From contig NW_002060993.1 in NCBI RefSeq assembly GCF_000150275.1, positions 29,342 to 48,634 on the forward strand: DNA of 19,293 bases, given 5' to 3'. Source of the DNA: Trichoplax adhaerens. Lineage: Eukaryota; Animalia; Placozoa. The position numbers and the translations under genes are program-made. Every line of letters starts with the position of its first letter. The stretch's first letter is position 1. Shown here piece by piece: positions 8,748 to 19,293 of the stretch. A model generated the notes under the pieces. It worked only from the letters and a program-made list of their open reading frames with translations, did no database searches and was not told the origin of the DNA.

Positions 8748-11700
8748 CCTCTCATAATACATTTTTTATCCATCATGCCAATAATAGATTGTAAAAACTT
8801 AAGCGGTATTCTAGATGAAATCATATCTATCCCAAGGGATAGATTGCTTGAGGTCAAGTAATTTAAATCATAAATAGGATTCGAGGTGAATACCTGTAAG
8901 TTATTAAAACGTATATTCTGAGTTGTTGTTATCTTGAGAACATTTGCCTACTACAGATGAAACTGTTCCCTTCAGTCCCGTAACTACTTGAAAGAAAGTA
9001 GAATAGTTGACCTTTCTTCTAGCCGATTAATCAATCAATGTGTTGCAATATATACGGAGGAAAATAAACTTCTATACTATTATTTAGCTAGAATTTTATA
9101 CGAAGATATCGATTATGACTGCTATTGTCAATATAAAAGCCGCCTTTCTGTATAGATTTACTAGCTTACCAGTAGCAAACAATATGCACAAATGTCCATT
9201 ATGCTATCACTTATTAATGTCTATAAATAATTCCTTCCTGCAGTGCTTCTTACATCATAAGAGCTACCTTGGAACTAGAAACCTTCTATTTCATTAAGAC
9301 TAATCTTGGGATACCTTATGAATGTCTATTCAAGGATCATAATAAAGATCCATTTCGATCTCGTAATAACTTCTAACTCTTTAATCCGGTATAATTCGCT
9401 AGTTTGATAATGCCTACGATGAACTATTGTTGATCAAGAAGCGAAGCTGCAGATTAATATACGTATTCTTGTCATCAATCTAGAATAGAATATTGTAGAG
9501 TAATTTGCATGGATTTTATCGTAATCTATTGAATTGATGCAACTGATTATTGCAGTATTTATAAATAGCTATTGCTTAGAAAAGCCCATGCAGTAAAAAA
9601 AAGTTAGATTTGTAATCTCTTACATTGTTTATGTAATATCTTGCTTCGTTGCAGACTGTACAATCATTTATGGGATTGATAAGAGTCAATAGTAAGTTTT
9701 GAGTTATTAGCACGAATGGCTATGATTATATTTTACGTACTCTTTGCATATTATATGTATTTCATATTGTACGCCTTCGATCGACGACAATCTATTCAAT
9801 TTTATATAATAGCATGCAATTCTTTTACGTCATTTGCATGCCTGTGGCGTTGTTAATAATTCTGCATTTGTAAATTGTAATTAAATGCAAGAATAAAATG
9901 GTATCATTGATGTAAGTGGTTAATCAGAAATAAAATTCTACACATAATCTATATTTAGTCTAGAATCAGGTAAAGATGAAGCAGAATGAATGGTATGCAT
10001 TAATGATTCAAAGAAATGAGACAAAAAATAATCTAGTATATTTGTAAATAGAGTTATTTGCTAGAATAAGAAAGCTATTAAACTACGCTAATGGAAGCAA
10101 AAAGCAACCAGGAATCTGTTCGATTTTTGTACAGTTTACCAGATTGATACAGAATCCGTTACTGAGCTGATAGAACTCGTAATAAAGTTATCTTGTGCCA
10201 AAAAGTTGGAGCGAAAACGTTTATCCAAGAATAGCTTTAAACCACAATAGTGCAAGCCTAAAGAAATCGGCACATAAATTGAATGATTGACTTGATGAAT
10301 AAGACAGCTTTACTGCGTAAAGATTCCGTGATTATTGTCTAACTAATAGGCTAATTGTGGATACAAATTTAATTCCTAAAAACTGGCCGATCATAAGAAA
10401 TCGATGTTATACCCCCTGTTAAGGATTAGTTAATTAAGAAGAAAGTAAATTCAATAAGTAATCTATTTATATCTCAAGTTCAAATTACATCTGAAGAGGT
10501 CGAATAACGTTAATTGAAATCGTGAAATTGATGATTCAGGAGTAACGTCATATCGATTTCCCGACATTATTCTTTAGTAAGCGTTTCTGCAAATTTTAAT
10601 TTCTAGAAACAGATTAGTTGTATGAGGAGATGATTTTATTATTCAAAATATTCCTCGAAATTGACTATTTAACTTGTAAGAGATGAATCTAGCCACTTAT
10701 GGTATTCTACTGTGTTTCTTAATGCTACTATGACGCTGATTTGTAATCATGAATCGTTGGACTATTCCGCTACCTATAACATTGTTACCTACTCTGCGAA
10801 TATTACAGACTATATTCCAAATACAAAATATTCAACAGTTTTTATTAGTCTAGAAATAATCTAATCTTCACCGTGCAATTTCAGTTTTGCTACCTTAATA
10901 CAGTAATCAAAACGAAAATTACCTAGACACAAATTAGCACTTATCACAAAGGATAATATCGTATAGCAGTCAAAGCGATTGGCAGTATTAAGTTATTAAT
11001 TTAAACATCTGAATGTGGAAAAATATCATCAACTTGCTACAAAAGGCTTTCCTGTAAGGATAGGCTTTTGCTGCAATCAAAAACAAATTTGAACCTATCA
11101 AATCTACCAAACACTATTTGAAGTGCCCAACATTAGATTGCTAACTTATGCTTATTCGAACGAAATCTTAGAATAATAAAAGTATTATGTAACGCCAACT
11201 ACGTCTCTAAAAGTTAGCCAAGTTATCTTTTAGAAATTGCTTTAGCAAAACCAAATTTCCTTCCATATTACATTTACAATGTGAAATATACCAATCAACA
11301 CTATCAAATGCGAATGCATGAATACACCTTGTTTTCATGGAAAAAAGAAATTAACTATCCTACGGATTTAACCATTCGGCTCCTTACTTTCATAATAATT
11401 ATAGAATGGTTCTTAAATTAAGAATATGCAATAATTATAAATTTACGTAAATGATGCTAATTGTGAACATTTGTTACTGTATAAGTGTATATGACTATCC
11501 GATGCCGTAACTTACTGTAAGCAACATGTGGTTCCATGTCAATTAAAGTAAAAAAATGATACTGCTTATTTTACCAAGGCCATGTGTATTTAATAAACCA
11601 ATCATCATAGTTGAAGTTGTTAATTTCTATCTTCTTTCTAACATTGCAATAAAACACGTTCAATATGACTGTCATTATTTAAAGCAGATCATGACGAAAC

Positions 11701-13225
11701 CATAGAGAATAATTACAATGAACTGCCAGTAACTTATTATTTTCAATTTCTTTCTATTATTTTCTTTTTACTTTGATCTTAGCTTATTAGCAGGTTCATT
11801 TATTCCATACAAACCCTTAATACGAAAACGGATATGTCACAAACTAGATTTGAATGTAATAAGAGATCTTGCTCTAGAACACCAGTGACGATAAAGGCTA
11901 GTCTAACAAATGACTAATTACCGTAATTTAACCCTGATGACAACCTGAGTAGCGCACCTTAGCTAGCTTAAGTTATAATAATTAAAGTTTAGTTTATTAT
12001 TACCATACGAATCTTGACAACCAAGTTTATATAGACTCCAGTCAACACACACTAAAGTATGAGATATAGCATAAACAACATTAATGAATCTTAAATCAAT
12101 TATGGATCAATGAAAGACCAATTAATATACGACGCTTAGTACGATACTATTTCGCAACATGGAGCGTCGATAGTATTCTCCATTTTGGAAATTGATAATA
12201 GTGGTAATAAAATATCGTTGTTCCTAATTAACCATCAATTACTACGGACATAAATTATCACAGCTATAAATAACAGTTAAGAGTTGTTTAGTAATATAAG
12301 ACTAATTAATAACTCACAATTTCGTACAATTTTCATCCATAAAGGAGTGAAGATTTACGGAGCCATACATGTACCGTAACAGGATATTTCAATAATCTGA
12401 AATTTTTAGTTTTCTGACCAAGAGATTATGGATACCTCAACTATCAATTTGAATATTAATATAGTCTAAATATTAACATCATCGCAGTGGATTTTTCTAG
12501 TCAGATATTCGATACACTCTTAACAGAGATTCGATTTACGAATTAAACTGTATAACGTTTTCCTTTATCTTCCATATCCAGCACATATGGTAACTTATGG
12601 TTTTATATTACTTTCTTATTCAATTTTTCAACCGGATAATAATTTATGGTATTCATACGTCAACGAGTGATAATAGAAAGCAATTGCTAATTTTTTTAAT
12701 TGTCAAGCTTTGACCATCTGAGCAATAGCCAAAGTACCTTTATCCAAAACACAGTGGTTCATTTCTGCAATCTTAATATCGCAACCAGAAATGAAAATTG
12801 CGACACAAAAATTCGAACCTGTTGCAAACGATAGCTTTATATCACGGCCTAAATGATTAGTAAAATCAAGTTTTCGATGAAATATTTGAATATAGAAGGC
12901 ACAATATATGATCAACTCGCTATGAAACGCTACAACCACAAACAAATTTGATCTTATAGAGCTATCAATCGTTCGTTGTTTAAGTATCAGAGAACAGACA
13001 GTTGGCAATTGATCCTTACTCTAATAAACTTTTAATACTAAAACATTTTATAACAACAACTGCACCTCTAATCATAGACAAAATTGATCTTTTACAAAAC
13101 TAAGTAAGCAAAAAACTGATTTTCTTGCAGTGTAAAATATGGCACAGCAATCAATATTATGCAATGGAAATCCATGAACACATTTCAGTTTTCTTGTATA
13201 AAATAAAATTACTGCACGTATTTAG

Positions 13226-13466
13226 CCATTCGGCTCATTTGTTAATTAAAAGTCATGATATCTCGTCAAATTTGTATAAGCAGTTAATCCTATATGAAAA
13301 TCAATCTAGTTTGAATATTTATAACCCCCAAACACTACAGCTACAAATCACTCTACCATTCCCTCACTTCCAGATAGGGGACATGCAATGGAATCTTCAA
13401 CACTCTCAACTCATCATCAGGAGTGATCAGGATTACTGCTTAGCAAATCCAATGAAAAAGGAATAA
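13226..13466 (+). other. Possible orphan terminal exon with a beta-propeller/WD40-blade-like sequence
   Basis: tatttag acceptor ending at 13225; LNIYNPQTLQLQITLP...IGDMQWN...SQLII resembles a propeller blade; no partner exons identified. Confidence 0.25.
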
Positions 13467-13529
13467 TATTTGCGTGAAATGTAAAGTTAATCTTGTATCT
13501 TGTACCCAGTGCAATTTAACGAGAGTGTC

Positions 13530-14680
13530 AATAAACTAAGTTAATATTGCTTCCATAATCAATGAAGATGATTGATGTGTATGCTGTACAAATGGATAAA
13601 GTATACCCCTAATGTCAGTAAAACCAATACCCAAAAATAAATAAAGCAAAACATGATTAAAAGCAGTGTAGTCTATGTCTAGTCTATGGTCAATGCTATT
13701 GCTGAGTTAGTTTAATGTCTATTACAAATCGTAGTCAAAGAGCGACTTGAAAGAGAAAAGGAAAAACATCTGTACAAAACATTGGTAAAATAGGAGAACA
13801 TAAAGATCAACATTGGGATGGAGAAAATGGATTGCAAAATTGCAGCCTATCTATCATTAAGCATCCCATCTAGTCTAAAGTAGATATTGACGACAGTCTT
13901 GTAATACTGTAGATGGCGATCTCTTCAGCTATTAATAAACTAAATTAACATTACTTCTATCAATCAAGATGCTAGATGTGTATACTGTACTGATGGATAA
14001 AGTATACCCCTAATGTCAGTAAAACCAATACCCAAAAATAAATAAAGCGAGACACCATTGCAATTTAGCAATTATAAAGTATACCCCTAATAATAAATGG
14101 ATAAAGTATACCCCTAATGTCAGTAAAACCAATACCCAAAAATAAATAAAGCGAGACACCATTGCATTCGCCCCATGGACGAATGCAATGGTTGAGTTGG
14201 TTCAATTCCAATTATAAATGGTAGTGAAAGAGAGATTTGAAGAGAAAACGAAAACATTTGTAAAAAGATTCAGGATTAAGATGAAAGTAAAATAGGATGA
14301 GAAAATAAAAACAGGGATAAAGAAAATGATTTGCGAAATTGCGGTGTACCATGGACTATCTCGCCGATCATAAAGCAAACCCCCAAAAGTCAGTTTAACC
14401 AATACCCAAAAATAAATCAAAACAAAATTAATAGTATTGCAATCAATGCAATTGTGCAGCTAGTTCAATGTTTATTGCAAATTGCAGTAAAAGACGGACT
14501 TGAAAGAGAAACGATCTCAGCAAGTTCTTGGTCAAAATAACATGAGAAGATAAAGTAGTCTGCTAGCAAAGGCGATCATGACTGGAAGGGATATTGCAAA
14601 CAGAAAATCGTCTTACCTTGTTGTCCATGTTGTCTTCCACTTTTTCCCGACCCCAAAGGTGAGATTGAGATTTCAATTAG
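13530..14680. repeat. Complex degenerate repeat array with three identical 56-bp cores (13592-13647, 13993-14048, 14097-14152), a partial copy (14074-14091), diverged copies (~14368-14423, ~14650-14675) and three diverged copies of a longer flanking segment
   Basis: Core ATGGATAAAGTATACCCCTAATGTCAGTAAAACCAATACCCAAAAATAAATAAAGC is identical three times; segments near 13690-13845, 14180-14345 and 14445-14555 align (aatgc..t.g.g.agtt.gtt.aa...aaaga...a.ttgaa). Confidence 0.9.
14158..14192. repeat. Perfect 13-bp inverted repeat (hairpin) at a repeat junction
   Basis: ACCATTGCATTCG-ccccatgga-CGAATGCAATGGT. Confidence 0.9.
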
Positions 14681-14991
14681 AGCCAAGAAAAGTTGATGGC
14701 GAGCATGCAGTAAGCAGCGTGGCTGTGCGATACTTTCTCAGTCCAAGTGAGGTTACTCGGTTGATATCTTGCTTATAATATTGTCCGCTGTAGAGTCAAT
14801 TCCTACTCCTATAGGGCGACAAGCTATTTTGCACAGTAACTTGCAGCGCCGACTCTCTACTTAGTCTTCCTCTTCTTCTACTGCCTTCTACACGTGAAAT
14901 GGCAGTCAACCATCAAACGTCTTTTTTTCTCACATTCTTTTTCCATACTACAGATTTCTCTCTCATACTTATTAATCTGTGCTTTTGACAG

Positions 14992-15029
14992 ATATTGTTG
15001 GGTGTTAGCATTCTCATCTTGCTTAGCAG
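14992..15029 (+). other. Orphan 38-nt exon-like segment encoding a hydrophobic stretch (ILLGVSILILLS); acceptor and exon start duplicated at ~15162-15213
   Basis: ttttgacag acceptor, CAG|gtaagt consensus donor; near-copy atttctc..atactt.ttaatctgtg...agatatt..tgggtgtta downstream. Confidence 0.4.
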
Positions 15030-15551
15030 GTAAGTCTTTCAACCAGTTAAAGCAATCTTAATCGATGTCATTTTAAACGCAAACCCTAACATTATTGCCA
15101 TAATATAATCGTCTCTTTATCGCCATTAGACCTATAGTTGACATTTTGGGTTGTGAACTGAATTTCTCTTATACTTGTTAATCTGTGTGTTTTATAGATA
15201 TTACTGGGTGTTATCCCTGGACAATATCCTGGATTATCCCTGCACGGTCATCATTTCTGGTGTTTACTAGCACTAGTGAATCGTTTCACACTTTGTACCA
15301 TGTTGACTTTCATGCTAAAAATTAGTGATGAGTTAATGACTGGTTTGAAAATGGAATTGCTCAAGTACGGCCAAGTTTTGGTTAAAATCATTACGTAATT
15401 TCATTATGTAGTCGCTTCAATTAACGTTACTCAAGATCTTTACTAAATCAATTGCTGTCACTTATACAGTCCGTTTTCCTTATTAGCTATCATTCCAAAT
15501 TTCGCCAACTTGCTAAAGTTCATAATCAATGTAAAGATAAACACGAGTACC

Positions 15552-15601
15552 NNNNNNNNNNNNNNNNNNNNNNNNNNNNNNNNNNNNNNNNNNNNNNNNN
15601 N
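15552..15601. other. Assembly gap (50 N)
   Basis: Run of n. Confidence 1.
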
Positions 15602-18600
15602 TCCATGCCATTGCTATTCACTTTCATTACTCTAGTGCAAGGATTACTTAAATATAGTATAATCAAAGCCGTCTGTATTCTTGAATCAACTATTGATCAA
15701 CTAACATTTTCCTGTTGTCTGATCGTGTGACAAGTACGCGTACTTGTGATGATAGGTGATTAAATTGAATCTTATACTAGAGTCTATCGATGGGGCAGAA
15801 ATAGGACAATCATCCATGATTCCTGTTAGGAATTAATAGCTGCTTGAAGATTATTGGGATAAACATTTTCTATTACAATATCATGGACAAGGTAAGTAAG
15901 TTATGACAGTACTAATATAATTGGAATGGAAGATGAACCGTAGACATTACCACAACCTGTTTTGAGTATTGCTATAACTAAAAGAAGTAAGGCTGCAATA
16001 TTGATTGGCAATTTATCCACACTACATCAATTGAAGATGCAGAATGAACTAATCATCCCCAAAATATCGCTAAGCACTGTTAACTACACGTCGATTGGCT
16101 TACACTAATAGCATCCCAGTGATTGCTCTGTTGATGCAGAATGTAGACGATATAGATCGATATAGATCAAGTGCAGGTGTTGATATCACTACTCTGCGCA
16201 ATTTGATTTCATTCTCTCATTAGTGGCACTTAATTCTTTCAATTTCTTATATTGAGAAAATATAGGATTATGGAAAAGAGGCATTGACAACGACTTCACT
16301 CTATCGTGTGTAATTATCCTCGATGTTTCTTGCATCGTAACTTGCAATCAGCCATCGCTGTCGGTACGGAAGATGAAGAGGCCAACCAGCATCATTATGA
16401 CAGAGGTAAACAGACAGGTAATATAATTTACTAGATGTAATCTACATTGCAGAAATAGGATTATCATCACCATTATCGATCAAGGTGCGTCCTGTATAAT
16501 ATTTTGGATGGCTTTACCCTTAATTACAATGACTTTGATAGATACTATTCAAGGTATTAAAGTAGAATTGATAATGTCAATTTTAACTAAGTACAGATGG
16601 TTAACTTTCCAAGAAGACGGTGAAAAACACAAGGAATTACTAAACTATAACTGACTAAAACAATATACGGGTCGCTAGTTTGTAAGTAGACAAGGTACAG
16701 GAGTAAGAGTGAGAAATTTAATTTGATAACAGCCTTGGATACTCTAAGTGCCTTGCTGACAAAGATTGGTCTATAAGAATATACTCTGTGACTGGAATAA
16801 CAAGTTGTTAAACAAGCTGAATTGCAATCAAACGATTAATTACGAGTCGTATAATTAATGATGATGACCTACTATATATACTGTTCCTGTATTGAAAGCC
16901 TTGAACTGATNCAGATACTTTGTAAACCATATACCATCACTTGTTTTACTTTAGCAGTACCAATAAATGTTATTAAAACTTTGATATGCTCTANCTATTA
17001 AGCTCTAAACTATTGTCAATCTACCCTTCCTGAATTCTAATTTTATTTGCGTGATAATAGCTCAAATTCAACAACCAATTGAAAATAATTGATTGTTATT
17101 TCTTTCTTTGCAAACGGTGCTGTTGCATTATTCATTAATGAACTCAAAGTCAATAATGTGATCGCATGACAGTCGAATAAATTTTCTTTCTACTTTTCTT
17201 CCCTATCTCACTCTTGGCGCTTTTTTGACGGACAAATTCGCTAATTACTTTTTCTTCATCAGCTCCATTAATAAACCGTTAGCTTGAGCATCAAGATTCA
17301 AGAACTGTGAAATACTCATTAAAACGTTGTACCTGGTCTATCCTAATAGATCAAGCAGGAGTGAACTGGTATGGATAGATATTATCATTCAAAATTAACT
17401 TATAAAGTGTTCATCCCAAATTCTCTCTATTTCCTTCCGTGTATTTTATTTTTTATATGCTATGTGTTTGTCACAAGTTTGACGCCTTTAATTCCATTCT
17501 TAACTTAATATTACTCGATAATCCCTGTTCCAGTTTTTAATCTTCGCTTGTGATTTATTTTATGTTAACTTTTTATAAGCCATCAACTGTAGTAAGGTAA
17601 CTAACTTACAGTACTACTATTATTATTTATGTATCGGTTAGTGAAACAAATTATATACTTAAATACATGAAGAATCCGCTAACTTAAATCGATAGTAAGT
17701 ATATGCTTTCTCAAGCCGAAACACTAGTCATGGGCGACTTTTCAGGCCAAATAATCTTACATAAATAAGAGCGATTTGCGAGCCATTTAAAATCCGCAAT
17801 CACTATATTTGTTTCATGCCTAACCCACAATACTAAAAACTAAATGGAGTATGATAGTTTGGTTTTGAGATAGACATTGCAAGAGCATACCGTACAAAAC
17901 TTTATTACAGTAGTAAATTATACTAAAATATGTACTTAGAACTAAAAATGATCGCAGCCACTCTCAATTTCAACCGTTTTCTCCTAGAAGTAACTCTCGT
18001 AATAGACGATAAACTGTCAGCGATTTGAGAAAAAAGTGCTATACGAAGATCTACAGCATAGTCTTGCTGACTATATAACCAAATTTTTTATCATAGTGAT
18101 ATCATAATGATATATTTCTTGTAAATAGTACTAGATACCATCTTATTGCCTCATACGAACTTAGAAAAACGGATACTAAATTAATGCAACCCTTTCAGCA
18201 ATTCAGTAATGAAATCGACGCCTACTGCGGGTATCATTAGCCGGTTGAAGACTAGTCTCTAGTCTCTACAGCATTGCAGTGTGTTTAACCTAGATTTCTG
18301 GGTTTAGTTCAGTGGCTTCTGTTATAAGTCTTTTGTAACAATGATACTCGATAGAGCCTGAGATAGCTGCTGCATCCTATGTTGTATTAGAGTGCCTGCT
18401 TAGCTTATTATGTCATAATTAGGGAAAGATCCTTCAGGCTATTTATAGCTGAAATAGATCATGCAGATGCATATTGCAATAAGGCAATGTGAGCAAACTT
18501 AAATGCGGTAAAGGGCGAAGAAATTATAAAGATTCGTAATAATAAATATACAAAACCTAAGCCATCGAGGTTGATGTTCTTGTTTTAAAGTAACGACGGT

Positions 18601-19293
18601 AGAAAACTGAAAGTAATTATCCTTGATGTGTGAAACTTGACTAGATAATTTTTGGATCATATTAATTGGGAGATACACAAGTCAGTTTTAATGAACTGGC
18701 ATGAATAATAATCGGCTTAGATAACGGATAACGGAAACAGGCGATTAAGCAGTTTGCTGTTTTGATTATAATTATACTATGCATCGATAAAGTTAATTTT
18801 AAATGATTATCACCATAACGATACATTGAAGATCGTCGATTTTTTTCTGGCTAAAATGTAGGTATAATAGTTAATACAGTCTATTACTTATTTATGCTCA
18901 TGCAATATCATAAATTAGTGAAGTGATACAAGAAATAATTTATCTTAACGTGAAAATCAGACAATAAAATTATCTACTACGCTTGCAATTTATAGTTCTG
19001 TAGATTGACTAGTCAAAAATAAAAAGGAACAACTGGTAAGATCGGCGAATTTATAATTATACATAATGAAGATAATCAAGAATGGCTGCTGCCATTAAAA
19101 TTGGCGGGCGTTGTAACATATATATAACACGTGATTGTAGATGCTTTAGCCAATCGCATTAGCGTACATGAGTCTTTAGTTTGTATCGTATTGCGTAGAT
19201 ATAAAAGCTGTTAACTATCCTAAGGCCGCTTGAGGTAGAATAAATTAACTCTTAAAAATATCTAGCTAACGGAGCTACATCACTATTATCCTA

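Noticed and set aside
8760-12600. Long AT-rich stretch including ORF 9115..9297
   Set aside because: No recognisable protein motif, RNA gene or repeat structure by eye
13592-14152. Identical 56-bp repeats separated by different sequence, superficially CRISPR-like
   Set aside because: Spacing is irregular (345 and 48 bp), the similarity extends into the flanks, the context is eukaryotic and there are no cas genes
15452-15730. 92-aa ORF
   Set aside because: Artefact spanning the N gap
16003-16060. IGNLSTLHQLKMQN, an LRR-like phrase
   Set aside because: Single imperfect repeat with nearby stops; could be chance
17170-17280. - strand DEEKVISEFVRQKS, reminiscent of a hAT transposase C-terminus
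   Set aside because: No upstream ERxFS motif, terminal inverted repeats or target-site duplication found

Overview
AT-rich, intron-containing eukaryotic genomic DNA with one 50-N scaffold gap. Gene content (42-aa TPR arrays fused to Roc GTPase or death domains, short introns) resembles an early-branching animal such as the placozoan Trichoplax; this is inferred, not proven. Left third, + strand: the 3' end of a damaged gene made of Q/E-rich phase-1 linker exons plus a frameshifted death-domain exon, then a gene with an intact ~11-repeat TPR exon and two linker exons that splices into a decayed, internally duplicated Roc (ROCO-type) GTPase exon. Converging on it from the - strand is a small 3-exon gene that the ORF track only half shows. 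It encodes a 103-aa secreted prepropeptide: signal peptide, very acidic propiece, KK site, then AWWG-R10-STTDTNVRFL-GKKK. This is a candidate amidated Trp/poly-Arg antimicrobial or signalling peptide, with a TATA box and a perfect CRE upstream. The right two-thirds are mostly non-coding: a 108-bp tandem duplication, a complex degenerate repeat array at 13.5-14.7 kb with a fold-back junction, and a few orphan exon-like fragments.
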